64,000 bases of DNA from the human T2T-CHM13v2.0 reference genome, Homo sapiens: the NCBI RefSeq assembly GCF_009914755.1, contig NC_060926.1; one strand, given 5' to 3'. This document shows, in pieces, positions 35,240-48,933 of this stretch; the first letter of the stretch is position 1; every line of letters begins with the position of its first letter. The position numbers and the translations under genes are program-made. The notes below the pieces were generated by a model, which was not told where the DNA came from, ran no database searches, and saw only the letters and a list, made by a program, of their open reading frames with translations.

Positions 35240-35430
35240 CTTTACATGTATTGTCTCCTTTAGTACTTAAGACAGCTCTACAAAGAAGCTTTTATTATTA
35301 TCGCCTCTTTTAGATGATGAGAGGGACAGAAAGATGAAATAATTTGCTCAAGTCATCTTAAATGGTAGAACCTGGATTCAAACCTGGGTGTTTTGACTTC
35401 AGAAGCCTGTTTAACCACTGAGCTCTACTG
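35240..35430 (-). mobile_element. MIR SINE
   Basis: TTTTAGATGATGAG...AATTTGCTCAAG...CTGGATTCAAACCTGGG. Confidence 0.7.
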
Positions 35431-36458
35431 TCTTTCATTAATCTTTTAGCCTGTTTGTAGTAGCACTTGACCTTTCAGAAACTGAGAACCAGGGAAACTA
35501 TTTTCTATATTGGCTGACATAAACAAGTATTTAATTTGTTTTACAGTAGATGATCCATTTTGTGATGACTTCAGATATTTCATCTGTTGCTTTTAGTTGG
35601 AGTTAAAGTTAGGTCTGCATCTGATTAACATTTATGGTACTTTATGGAAGTATTAAATAGTTTAAATGAAGTTTTAAGCATCAAGCAGCTGGTTGTCTTG
35701 CATATTAGAAATAGAGTTTATAGGAAACCCTAAGTTGTCTGGGCTGTGTGTTTCAGGCCAGATAAGGATAGTTTCTTCCAGGACATTCTTCAGGGCTTGG
35801 TCTAGTCTTTGTTAATTGTCTCAAAGAAAGAGCTCCACTATCCCTGGAGGAAGGCAGTTTTCTAATCTCTCATCTTTCTGGAAGGTTTTCTTTGTAATAA
35901 GATGTGGCAATTAAAATGTGCCTTATTCTTTCTAAGATTCTTTTAACGTCACTACCATCTGAAGTAATATGAAATACATGTGTATGGGTTTGCCAAGATT
36001 GCAGTTTCCGTGGGAATCATAACATTGGATTTAATCACATCTGGGTTAATGAAGCGTGCACAAAGGCTCTGCATGAATATAGGTTTTATATTTAATGTGC
36101 ATCTGGAGGCAGCAAGGTCTTAGTGATGTAGTTTCCCTGTAAGTGACAAGTTGAACACTTGCTAGCTGAAGGTTTAAGGTAATCCCAAGGCTAGGAACTT
36201 TGCCACGGAACTGAGGTCCTGCACCTTGACCCTCAGTTTAGAAGGCATGCGTAAGCACTGGGAATCTGGAGCTCTTTAGTGGAGCTGGAGGCCCAGCTTA
36301 TTTCCCTGGAGTCTGTAGACTTTGGGTTTGTTTTGTCTCCATGAGAAGCAGGGATTACAGTGCTGGTGTTTTGACTTCTTTTTTTGAAGTGGTAGGGAGA
36401 AGAAGTACACCAGGTCTGTCATAGTTGTACTTTGGTGTTTTGGGAATGATTTTGGTCA

Positions 36459-36774
36459 TTTTTCTTTTTCTTTCTTTCTTTTTTTTTTGAGACAGAGTTT
36501 CGCTCTTGTTGCCCAGGCTGGAGTGCAATGGCACGATCTCTGCTCACTGTGCGCGACCTCTGCCTCTTGGGTTCAAGCGATTCTCCTGCCTCAGCCTCCC
36601 AAGTAGCTGGGATTAAAAGCATGTGCCACCACGCCCAGCTAGTTTTGTATTTTTAGTAGAGACAGGGTTTGTCCATTTTGGCCAGGCTGGTCTCCAACTC
36701 CCGATCTCAGGTGATCCACCTGCCTCGGCTTCCCAAAGTGCTGGGATTATAGGCGTGAGCCACCGCACCTGGCC
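36459..36774 (-). mobile_element. AluSp/Sq-like element
   Basis: GAGTTTCGCTCTTGTTGCCCAGG diagnostic. Confidence 0.93.
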
Positions 36775-37969
36775 TATTTTTCTTAGATTGTTTTCTCTGC
36801 TGTCTACCTGACGTTTTATAACTATTAAGTTCATGGTGATGGTCCTTGAGAGTGGTAGTGGTTTTTACGTGGAAAATCTAGAATTTTGGATTGCTCCAAA
36901 CCCTAGAATCACTATCTTTCAAACTCACTCATGTTGAAGGGCATGAATGTGGAACTTAATTTCTCCACGGAAAGTGGAGCTAGAGTGAGGGTTGTCTTTG
37001 TAGGGCCTCTCTCAGGTCCACCAGTGCCACGTGCTTAGCTGACAGACCAAAATCAGAAAGTTGACTTAGAGGTCATCAAGCTTTCCCTATCTATCTGTGG
37101 TCTGTTTTAGTATCTTAGTCATTTTACTGTTTAGAATTTTGTGTCCTCCATTCCTCCAGATTCCTTGAATAACACTAGACTTCTCCGTGACTTTGAGGGT
37201 AAATTACAACTGGTTGTGACTTTATATGTCATCTTACAGGAGTGTTCTCCAAGACATGACGTGGATCTTGTGTGTAGGCAGGAAGATGGTTCTTAGCAAG
37301 GCCTTACCGTGCTTAGGGCTGAAAGTCTGTTGGTAGTAACTTCCAGATGTTTGCAGCCGCAGTCCTGAGAGTAGTAGGCATTGTTGTAGCAATACTTTCC
37401 CAAGACTAAGGCCATGATATAACTGACATTTTTGAAAAAAATAAATAACTAACACAGAAGCTAGATTGATGTTAATCTCTTGTGTAAAATAAAAACAAGT
37501 TTTTATGAACACTGACATTTTATTTGAACTGATATGAACCTAGGGAAAATTACTTTCAATTCTTGTATGTTTTAGTCATTTTGTTCAGTTGATTATAGGT
37601 TCTGAAAGTCACATATTTTTCCAAATTGCCATGGTAAAATTGGCCACGTGGATGAGCTTTGCAACCCTTTTTTCCTTTGTCTTATTACTTTTGAGACTAG
37701 TGTATGGAGATGTGATGGCTCGGATTACCGTTGAAATTATGCGTGTAGATAGTGGGTGAGTTCTTTCTCAGCTTTATTTTTAAATAACTGCTTCTGTATC
37801 ACAGCATGAAATTTGGATTGAGCTTGTGGTAACCTTGCTCAATAAAATTTATGCTTTCTGTAAGTAAAGGCCCTAAGTGATAGTAGTTGTTGCTGAATTG
37901 TTTGCTAAATAGAATATTTTGCCAGTGTGACCTGTAAATGGGAGTTTTAAAAATGTATGTGTCAGTATA

Positions 37970-37972
<3 letters not shown>

Positions 37973-38009
<37 letters not shown>

Positions 38010-38012
38010 TGT
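37973..38012. repeat. (GT)n microsatellite
   Basis: GT array with one interruption. Confidence 0.95.
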
Positions 38013-38181
38013 TTGTATAGAGGCGTAGATGAAAAATCTTTGGCTATTAATTGAAAATTATTTAATTTGATGATGAATGTATGGTAGTTTCTTACATTTT
38101 TTCTACCTCATGGATGTTTTAAAATTTCCAAAATAAAGAGTAAAAGAGTCTCCCCAAACGGTAATTAAGAAAAGGGACAGG

Positions 38182-38490
38182 GGACTGGGCACAGTGGCTC
38201 ACACCTGTAATCTCTGCACTGAGGGAGGCTGAGGCCGGATCGCTTGAGCCCAGGAGTTTGAGGCCAGCCTGGGCAACATAGTGAGACCTTGTCTCTACAA
38301 AAAAGTAGAAAAAATTAGTGGGGTGTGGTGGTATACGCCTATAGTCCCAGCTACTCGGGAGCTGAAGTGGGAGGATTACTTGAGCCCGGGAGGTTGAGGC
38401 TACAGTGAGCTGTGATCGTACCACTGCACCCTAGCCTGGGTGACAGAGTGACATAATGAGATCTTGTCTCAAACAACAACAACAACAAAA
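38182..38490 (+). mobile_element. AluJ-like element
   Basis: Dimer with (CAA)n tail. Confidence 0.92.
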
Positions 38491-39599
38491 AGATAAGATG
38501 TAGGTTTTATTTGCTAGGGAGTAGAGACAAGGGTCAATGAAATAGATGTCATGATTTCTAAAACCTTCCAGGGTGGCTTTTTCAGTGGTGCTGAAGTACT
38601 GCCCCTGAGTTACTTCAGGAGAGAGAATAGAATTTTACTGTTGTTGCCTAGGTTTACTGATCATGGCAGAGGTATTCCAGTGTGCTGCCCATACATTACA
38701 AAAAGAAACCCTTTGTGTTTTCTTTCCACAAGATCCTTTTATTTGATATTTGGAGCCAAGTGTGAATTCTGACACCAATACCTTCCCATGCTTCTTTAGG
38801 TTTTGATTTTTTTTTTTTAAAGATGAGGTTTTAAGATGAGGCTTTTAATTAGTCTCTATTGTTTTGCAAGTGTTTCTCTCTGTTCCTTCCTTCACTGGAT
38901 GGATGGAGAGTGGTTTCTTATTGTTTCTAAAGTACTTGTGTTTGACTTGTGCTTTTTGCCACTCTCCCTAGAATTTGTCTCCGAAGTCTGCACATTTTTC
39001 CCAAAAAGAAAGGTTAGAATAAATTTCAGAGGGTTGAAAATGCCAGTTTGATACGAAAGTCTTTAAAGCATAGGAAGAAATCTTAGTCGCTTCAGTGTAA
39101 TAATTCTGTAGATGACTTTAATCGTAGTAATAAAATGCGGGAAAGAAACATGAGATTGAATTTATAATGTTATACTGTACAGAGTACACATGAGAAATCA
39201 AGCTATTTGTTGAAACAATTTCCACCTTATAACATTTTTGGGCCTTATTTGGTAGCAAAGCTTGTATTTGAGATCTCTTTCAATTTTGGTTTTGTATGTT
39301 TTGTCATTGCAAATCTTAAATTTGTTATTGTGTGATTTATGGCCAAAACTCTGGTACTTCAGTGGCATTAAGATGATTCTGTCTTTATTAGGCAAGTAAT
39401 GATACTGTAGATCCACTCAAGCAGTATCCTTCATGTACTTCCTGCCATTACCGATGTCCTGTGTATTACCAAGATGTGAATATACTAAACTCCAGCATTC
39501 AAATAAATCTTAAATAGACTCCGAGTTTTTGGAGTGCTATATGAATTTATAAGAGAATTTCAGAAGCGAGAGAAAGTTTAGTTGTCTTTAAGAGTTTTC

Positions 39600-39830
39600 T
39601 TTTTTTTTTTTGAGCTCTGCCTCCCGGGCTCAAGTGATCCTCCTACCTCAGCCTCCCAAGAAGCTGGGACCATAGGCATGAGCCATTGTGCCCGGCTAAT
39701 TTTTGTATTTTTTTGTAGAGATGGGGTTTTGCCATGTCGCCCAGGCTGGTCTTGAACTCCTGGCCTCAAGTGATCCGCCTGTCTCGGTCTCCCAAAGTGC
39801 TAGGATTACAGGCGTCAGCCCACTCCAGCC
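39600..39830 (-). mobile_element. AluJ-like element with deletion near its 3' end
   Basis: TSD TAAGAGTTTTCTT on both sides. Confidence 0.88.
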
Positions 39831-39902
39831 TAAGAGTTTTCTTAAATTCCGTAATGTGGGAAATGTTTAATATTTTGACGGCAACTATTATTGTCTTTAA
39901 AT

Positions 39903-40197
<295 letters not shown>

Positions 40198-40339
40198 TAA
40201 TTGTCTTTTAAATTTAGAGTTGAAAAACATTACAGAGGCTATTCATTATTTTCCATCAGGGTATATCATATTATTTGCATTAGGGTATATTGCCAAACTG
40301 TGCCTGTAATTCCTGATGTGACATTAGGCCGTAATAAAT

Positions 40340-41860
40340 TCTCCTGTTATCAAGAACATTTATTAGGTGTGTACCCTGTGGGCATGGTGTAGAAGTAGGC
40401 AGAAGACATGATCCCTGCTCCTCAGTAATTTACAGGTTTTGAGAGTACACAGGGCATCTCTTTTAATGACTTCATTCAGTAAGCATTTCCTGAGTATCCA
40501 CTGTGTGCTAGCCCTTCCAGGAACTGGGGATACAGTGATGAACGGGACATACAAGGCTCTACACTCTTGGAATTTACATACTGGAACCCTCAACACTTCA
40601 CGTGCTAAATGATGAAATTGTTAAGGACCTTATGAGGGGAGGTATTACTTTGCTGTGGTATGGTTGGGAAGGCTGTATTGAGGGATGAGGACTGGAGCTG
40701 GACAGGCGTGAGACTGTTCATTTCCCACTGTGTATTCTGTGGAACCTGCTATCAAAGATTTCGTGGTCAAATAGATGGAAAACATGACCCACTTGGGATT
40801 GTGGAGAAGGCATCCCAAGAGCTGGAGAAATTAGGTGAGACAGTAGGGGAGAGGATATGGAATTTGAGCTGTTCTTTAATGGGTAAAATTTTAAGAGTGA
40901 GGTTGGAGTAGAGGGTGAGTGAACTGTGTGAGAATGTGCAGGGAGCTTGAAGAGTACGGGCCATGTTGGGGGATGCTACCCAAAATGCACCTGTCCCCAG
41001 CCTCCCCTCCTACCCTCACAGAAGCTACCCATTGTCCTTGGCTCCACCGTGTCACCTCTTCCATGCTTTCTGTGTTTTAACATGCTCAAGTTTCTCCTTT
41101 CATAAAAACACCAACAAAAAGGCAAACTGTCTTTTGCTTCCACCTTTCCCGCTTCATGGCTAAATTTCACAAGCAATCAACAGCTCACGAACTCCACATC
41201 CCCCCAGCCCATTCATTTCTCAGCTGATTTCTTTTTTGTGTTATCCCCATTGCTTCCCCCTTGCACCTCTCACTGAGCCCCTTGTGATATCCATCCTGCT
41301 AAGTGTAATGAACACTTAATGCCTTATTTCACTTCTCTTAGTGACATAGGGCTTCATTGCCCTCTGTCTTCTCGAAATCTTGATTTTCTTTCTCTTTTCC
41401 CTGCTGCCAAGCCTCCAGGAAGTAGAGAAAAGACATTTTCTTGACATCACACTCTTCCAAGTTTTCTCTTATATCTCCCTCTTAGGAGGCCATTTTTTCT
41501 CAGTCTTTGCAATTTCTGTTCCCTTCTCCCTGGCTATTGAACTTTGAGGCTCCTCAGAGTCTCAATCCTAGGTCCCTTCCTTTTTTTCTCGATATTCTTC
41601 CTAGGCTGATCGCATCTGTGTTCAATTTCAGTTGCTTTGGTTATGATTTGTTCTCTGGTGACTCCCAAATTTGCTGTCAGCCCAGATGTTCTTCAGAGCT
41701 CCTGACTTTTGTGTCCAGCTGCCTGGTGTTGCAGTCACCTCAAACTCAGCACGTCCAATTCTTGGCTGATGATCTCTACCCCTCTATCCTCATTCAATAA
41801 CCCTGTCCTGGTGCATGTAACTCCCATCCATCCAATTATGTAAGCTAGAAAATATGAAGT
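40340..41860. mobile_element. Degraded L2 fragments in both orientations
   Basis: CATTCAGTAAGCATTTCCTGAG...GGGGATACAGTGATGAAC; GACTCCCAAATTT...CACCTCAAACTCAGCACGTCC. Confidence 0.6.
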
Positions 41861-41863
41861 TAT

Positions 41864-42139
41864 CTTTTTTTTTTTGAGACAGAGTCTTGGAGTGCAGTGG
41901 TACGATCTTGGCTTACTGCAACCCCTGCCTCCCAGGTTCAAGCAAGTCTCCTGCCTCAGCCTCCTGAGTAGCTGGGACTGCAGGTGTGAGCCACCACGCC
42001 TGGCTGATTTTTGTATTTTTAGCAGAGACAGGGTTTCGCCATGTTGGCCTGGCTGGGCTTGAACTCCTGACCTGAGGTGATCCACCTGCCTCGGCCTCCC
42101 AAAGTGCTGGGATTACAAGTGTGAGCCACCGCGCCTGGC
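41864..42139 (-). mobile_element. AluSx-like element
   Basis: Antisense dimer with a small deletion. Confidence 0.92.
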
Positions 42140-42519
42140 TGAGATGGCTTTTTTTCTTTATCAGTAATCCTTGACTGAGGTCAGTAGTCCCCCAGTTACC
42201 TCTGAGGGTCTGCATCACTTAGGTTTAATTACCTGGAGATTTCACACAGATCCTAAAATGATATATTGTAGGTAAATGGTGTCCAGGTAATGTCTTTCAT
42301 TAAAATGAAATAATTAATATACATTTAAGTCCCTCCCTCTCATCCACTTTAATACTTAAGGATAAAACAGGAGCTCATATTCCAACTGCATTTTTTTTTT
42401 TTTTTTGGTCTTCTTAGAAGAGCTCTAACGGTTAACATTGTTGAATAAGAATGTCATTGTTGAATAAGTTGTCATTCATCTATGTCAATGACAGGTTCTA
42501 GAAATGAAAAAAATAACAA

Positions 42520-43110
42520 TTTATCTTTTTTTTCCTTTGTGAATCATGCTTTTCATGTCCTAAGAACTCTTCACCTAATCGTAGGTCATGATGCTTTTCT
42601 CTTATGTTCTCCTCTAAGAGTTTTATAGTTTTTGTATTAGATCTGGGATCCATTTTGAGTTAATTTTTATATATGGTCTGAGGCAAAGGTCAAGATTTTT
42701 TGTTGGTTTTTTTTTTTTTTTTGGTCTATTGATGTCCAGTTGTTCCAGCACTATTTGTTGAAAAGGCTATCTTTCCTCCCTTGAATTGCTTTTGCACTTG
42801 TGTCTGAAATCAGTTGGACATATTTGTAAGGGGCTATTTCTGGGATCTCTCTGTTGTTCCATTGGTCTAGGTGGCTGTCCCTCTGAAAATACCACAGTCT
42901 TAATTGCTATAGCTATATAGCTTAAAATCAGATAGTATGATTCCTCCAACTTTATTTTTTTTGGTCGTTCATTATTTTAGTTATTCTAGTTCCTTTTCAT
43001 TTCTATATAAAATTTAAGATAAGCTTGTCTGTATCTACAAAAGATCTTGGGACTTTGCTAAGAATTATGTTAAATGTATAAATCAGTTTGGGGAGAATTG
43101 ATATCTTTAC
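42520..43110 (-). mobile_element. L1M ORF2 fragment
   Basis: CCATTTTGAGTTAATTTTT...CCAGTTGTTCCAGCACTATTTGTTGAAAAG. Confidence 0.85.
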
Positions 43111-43404
43111 TATGTCATGGTCTACTAGTGTCAACAGCTTACCACTTTAGGTGGAACATAGGAAGCTTACCACGATTTAGGCCCCTTTACCCTCCCTGCT
43201 TTATAGTTACATACATTGAAAACCACATCAGACAATATTATACTTTTGCTTTTAATTACCTAATGTAATTTTAAAAACTCAAGAGGAGAAAGTCTAGTAC
43301 TAGTACACTTAACTATAAAGTTACTCTCCAACATTAGTTACTTTTTACTTGTAAAATTCTATTTCTTTCAAAATTTATATTTTAGTAAGTTTCTTTCGCT
43401 TGTG

Positions 43405-43711
43405 TTTATTTTTTCTTTTCTTTTTTTCTTTCATTCTTTTTCTTTTTCTTTTTTTTTGAGATAGGGTCTCACTCTGTCACCCAGGCTGGAGTGCAGTGGC
43501 ATTATCATGGCTCACTGTAACCTCAACCTTCTAGGCTCAGGTGATTTTCTCACCTCAGCCTTCTAAGTAGCTGGGACTACAGGTGCATGCCACCACATCT
43601 GGCTAACTTTTTGTAGAGACGAGATCTCACTATTTTGCCCAGGCTGGTCTCGAACTCCTGAGCTCAAGTGTTTTGCCCTCCTTGGTCTCCCAGGTGTGAG
43701 CCATTGGGCCC
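43405..43711 (-). mobile_element. AluJ-like element
   Basis: T-rich tail plus diverged dimer. Confidence 0.9.
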
Positions 43712-45449
43712 TTTCATTACTTTATATACATTGTTTAAAAATATTCTGTAGTTGTCTTTTTTTAAGACCTGAAGTTATTCTGTACTACATTTTGCTATTT
43801 TTTCTTTCTGACTGTCAATCGTGATGGCTCTTTCCTTATGTGCTTTGTAAGCATTTAGCAGGCTTTTGACTGTAGGCATATTCTGAAGCAAATAGTTCTG
43901 AGAGGAGTTTTTGGTTCAGCAATGGGTGCCACCAATCTAGGATCACTTTAAGTTCGTTTCTATGCTTGGGGTTCATTAGCTGGACCCTATTGTATGAATA
44001 CAATCCTGGGTTCTGAATGTTCAGAGGAGACTTTCCTATGGAACCTAGATCAAAACAGACACCTGTGATTTTTTTTCCTTCACCAGCTGGTGTATTTTTT
44101 CTAGCCTATTTTCTCACTGAGATTGTTCCCCTTCAAGGGTCTGAGTTTTTTCCAAGGGGCTCACTTCAACCTTTCTACATTTTGTATCATCAAAGCCTTA
44201 GAGTCTTCAGTCCCTCTGCGGCTTTAAACCACTCTTGATACTAACACCAGAAAGTGCTCCCAGGGTCTCTATAGCCTCAGTTTCTACTTTTTCTGGTTTC
44301 TGGCTCCCACTTGATTTTTAGCTCCTGGGGATTTTCTTTTCTTTCTTGAGAACTCAACTGTGCATTTTAAAAGAAACTGGTAATATTTTGTTTAGCAGTT
44401 ATAATAATTCAATAATTCAGTATCAGGTGGTTTTTCAGATATTGACTCCACTATGTTACTAGAAATAGAAGATTTTGACACACAGCTTCCAAACCATTCA
44501 ATAAAGTATAGATTATTGGGTCCCAGGAGGGACTCACTCTGGTTTCTTTAAAATTGGTCATTTGGGACAAAAGTTCTTCCTGTCTCTCAGGAGGGGCTGT
44601 GGTAGCGACACTTGTCCTTAAAAGGAAGAAGCATGGGCATCTTTAGTACTGCCCTCACATCTGCCAAACAGCTAGAGAGGTTCAAGAAGGAAGGGAATGC
44701 TCAACTGTGTCAAGTGCTACAGCAAGGTCAACTAAGATCAAGACTGAAAATTGACAGTGGGATTTCACAATTAGAATGTCTTTGCCAGAGTAATCCCATG
44801 GAATTGGGAGGATGGTCTTTGGTCCAGGCAATTCCTGTTTTTCTCAGGAAGAATGACTTCTTGTTTATCAGTATGTGGTTATTTATTTTATGCTGTCTTA
44901 TTTTAATACTGTCTAGCTTCCAACCTTGCCTTAGATAGAGTAGCTATGTCTGTCATAGAAACTGGATTCAGCCATAGATTGTAGGACCTATCTTGTATAC
45001 ACCTAGGTCCTTAAAGCTTTTGTTTATATCTCAGGTGAGGTCATCAGAAGGAAGAACTGAAGAGGTAAGAGCCCAGCTGGGGTATTAAAGTAAGAGAAAG
45101 AATATAATGAGGTATTGTCAGTTTTAACATGAAGCCTCTATTTTGTGGAATTTTTAAAAATTATGAAACAATTTGAAACACACAAAAGTAGAGAGAATAG
45201 TGCATTGAGAGAATAGTGCATAACCCAAATTTAGTATTTTTTGTACATTTGCCGTGTTTATCTTTCTTTTGCTGAAATATTTTAAAGAAATCCTGACATC
45301 ATTTATGTACATATCTTAACTATGCAATGTGAACATTTTCACATGTAGTCAAAATGCTGTTATCACATCTAATATAAAATGGATTATTCTTTACTACTAT
45401 ACATAAGACTGTGGAGGCTTTCTATTTTAAAGTCCTTTGAACATGCTGA

Positions 45450-45760
45450 GATTGTTCCTCCTTTTCTGTCTTTATACTTGTCATACTGTCTGTCTAGAAG
45501 GCTCTAGTCTGTGACCTCCACATGGTGGCCTTAGTGACAGTATTATTTCCTCAATAAAGGCTTTCCTGATGACTGAACTAAAGTAGTGTCCCTTTCCCCC
45601 ACCCTGTTGGCCACTGCCTCCCTGCTCTGTGTCACTGCCTGTGTGCTTGTGTATTGTCTGTCTCCTCCCCTAGATTGTAAGCGCCATGAGAGTAGGGACC
45701 TGGTCTGTCATGGTTATTGCTCTATGGCCAGGGCCTGAAGCAAGCCTAGCCTATTGTAAG
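45450..45760 (+). mobile_element. L2 3' fragment
   Basis: CTAGATTGTAAGCGCCATGAGAGTAGGGACCTGGTCTGT. Confidence 0.7.
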
Positions 45761-46741
45761 GAAGCAAAGGTTTAGAAACAAGTCAGCTATTAGATTAATA
45801 AAGATTCCAAAATTTGCTTAATATTTTATAACCATTATCTCTTCCTACAACTGATTTCTATTCCAGAGCTTTTCTTTTCTCAAGAGCTTTAACCAACAGC
45901 TGTGTTTGCAAAAAGTGCTGGGCTGTTGTCCCTTTCAGGACATTTAATCTTTTAAATCCTCAAAATATTTTGTAAAATATAAGTGAGTAAAGTCATTGCT
46001 GACCTGTTAAGAGGCAGTGTTTTTACTGACATAACTCTCATTTGAGATCACTTTATTTGAGCTTGCAGCTAATAAATCTGTTTTGGCTCATATGAAACAG
46101 GGTGGAATGATCCTGTAGTCCACATAGCCTTTAATTGATTATTTGAACTTCATTTATTTAGTGCGTCATTTGTATTCCATGTTAGGGGTATATCAAAATT
46201 GTCAGTTGTTGGGAATATTCTTTAGCATGAGAAAAAATGTAATTCAGTAAAACAGGTATGATTCTATAATTAGACTTGGATTCTTTTGAAAAACATAATT
46301 TCAGACCGATAAAAGAGACGAGAGAATGGTACAAATAATTACTTTGTATTCTTTACAAGATTCCCCAGTGTTAATATTTTACCACATTTGCTTTAGTATC
46401 CCTCCCCACTTATCCTCTATTGTGTTTTTTTGTTTTTTGGTGAGTGGAGACACTCAAAGCCATCCTCTTTTATAACATTATGCAGTTATTAGAATCAGGG
46501 AATTAACATTGATATACCATTAGCCAGTAGATTTTATTCAAATTCCCCAATCATGCCCTTTTCCTTTCTTATATGAAAAGAAAATTCTGGATCATGAGTG
46601 GCATAGAGTTGTCACGTGTCTTTAGTCTCCTTTAATTTGGAACAGTTTTTCCTTTCATGATTTTAACATTTTTGAAGATTATAGGCCAGTTATACAACAG
46701 GGACAGTTTTTAGCAGGTCCCTCAATTTGGGTTTAACTGAC

Positions 46742-47096
46742 TGTCTTAATTTGATTTCTGTTACTATAACAGAGTGCCACAAACTGGGTAATTTAAGGAA
46801 ATTTATTTCTCACAGTTCTGGAGTCTGGAAAGTCCAGTAGTAAGGTGCTGACATCTGTTGAGAGCCTTCTTGCTGCATCATCCTGTGGTGGGAAGGCATA
46901 AGGGCAAGAGAGCAAGAGCAGAGAGGGCCAAACTCACTTTTATCAGGAACTCATTTCTGTGATAATAGCATTAATTCATTCACTATGGTTGAGCCTTCAT
47001 GGCCAAATTCCTTCTTAATGATCCCACCTGTTAATACCATTACAATGACAATTAAATTTCAACATAAATTTTGGAGGGGACATTCAAACCATAGAA
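46742..47096 (-). mobile_element. MST-type (MSTD-like) MaLR solo LTR
   Basis: TGTCTTAATTTG...AATTTATTTCTCACAGTTCTGGAG...CATTCAAACCATAG. Confidence 0.85.
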
Positions 47097-47638
47097 CTGA
47101 TGTTTCAAAACTGACATGTTTTTCTTAGTGCTTCATATCAGGAGACATATAATGTTGATTTGGCTCATTACCGGTGTTTACTTTGATCACTTGATTAAGG
47201 TGGGTCTGCCAGATTTTTCCACCCTCAAGATAGATTTTCCTCTTTGTGTTTACATAATATCTTTGAGGATACTTTGAAACTATTTAAAATTCTGTTACTT
47301 CTTAAACTCTTACCAACTAGTTTTAGATTTCATTGATGAATACACATTAATTAGTATGATGATGGTTGCCAATGGTAATTTTCTAATTCCATTGTTTTTT
47401 CTAGATTTATCACTTGCGATACTGCTGTAAGGAATGGCTTCTCCCTTTCACTTATTTATTTTTGTCTATCAGTAGGAACTTATGGATTCTTATTTAGTCA
47501 GTTATAAAATTTTGATATTTAAATGATCATATATTTGGCCAGTAGCAGCCTTTTCAGAGGGCTCCTGTGAACTTTTGACATGTCCTCATCATTTTTTGAG
47601 TATTTTCTTACTTTCTGGAACAGCAAGATATTCTAGGC

Positions 47639-47849
47639 CAGGGCTTGGCAAACCTTTTCTGTAAGTGGCCAGATAGTAAATATTTTCGATTTTGTAGACC
47701 ATACAGTCCCTCTTGCAACTGTTTAACTCTGCCCTTGCAGCATGAAAGCAGCCATAGATAATTTGTAAACTAATGAGCTTGGCTGTGTTTCAGTAAAAGT
47801 TTATTTACATAAATAGGTGGATGCACTATGCATAGTTTGCCAACCCCTC
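47639..47849 (+). mobile_element. MER58A-like hAT MITE
   Basis: TIRs CAGGGCTTGGCAAAC and GTTTGCCAACCCCT; 8-bp TSD TTCTAGGC at 47631-47638 and 47850-47857. Confidence 0.9.
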
Positions 47850-48616
47850 TTCTAGGCTCATATTTGTACGTTTCTACCCTGGTCTCAGAATTGGCCATTT
47901 TTCCATTGGTTGCTTTTAGTGATGAGTGGTGTTTAGAAACTGAGATCTAGGCACTAGATATGCTCATTGCTACTGGAATGTCATTGATTCTAGGCCCTTT
48001 CAGGAGACAAAGCTAGGGAATATAAGAATATATCTTTATATGCTATATACATTTGTGTGCGTATATAGACGCATCCGTATTTCTCTATTTATTATAAACC
48101 ATTGAGTTATACTGATATCTCCAGTTCCATTTCGATTCTAGCCTTTCCACTTTTCCATATTTGTAATTTTTTTCTCCAACATTGACAAACTTGGCTCGTT
48201 ATCCACAAGTATTTACTTATTTGTTCCATCTAGGATATATAGAAAGCAGTTTTGGAATTGCTCACTCATACTTCTATAAAAAACCTATTAACCAGAGTTT
48301 AATCTTTATTTACACTTATTTTTTGTTTTTAGCCACAGGATTTGGTTAAATACTGTACCCCACAGTTACTTGGGTTAGTGTGCCATTCCTGTTACACCCA
48401 TTTCCTGCTGCCCTCTAATATATTGTGATTTATTTATTTTTAATTGACAAGCAAAAAATTACATATTTTTATGGTGTGCAACATGATGTTTTGCTATATG
48501 TATACATTGTGGAATGACTAGATCAAGCTACTTAACATATCCATTATGTCATATACTTATCATTTTTTTGTGATGAGAACACTTAAAATACACTCTCTTA
48601 GCAATTTTCAAGTATA

Positions 48617-48933
48617 CTTGGCCCCTAGATATCCACAGGGGATTAGTTCCAGGACTCCTACAGCTACCAAAAAATGTGGATGCTCAGGTCCCTTATATAA
48701 AATGGCAAGACATTTGCATATAACCTATGCTCATCTTTCTACAGACTTTAAATCCTCTAGGTTACTTATAATACCTAATACAATATAAATGGTATGAAAA
48801 TTGTTGTTATGCTGTATTTTTAAATTTGGATTCTTTTTAAAAATTGTTGTATTTTTATTTTTATTGTTGTTTCCCCAAATATTTTTGATCTGAATTCACA
48901 GACACAGAATTCATGGATACAGAGAGATGACTG
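48617..48933 (+). mobile_element. MER2 (Tigger-derived MITE)
   Basis: GGGGATTAGTTCCAGGAC...GGATGCTCAGGTCCCTTATATAAAATGG...GATGACTG flanked by TA. Confidence 0.85.

Larger units (their letters stand above)
46280..48320 (-). mobile_element. L1MC-like 3' region hosting MST and MER58
   Basis: AATTAACATTGATA, TTTGATCACTTGATTAAGGTG, TTAGAAACTGAGATCTAGGCACTAG. Confidence 0.7.
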
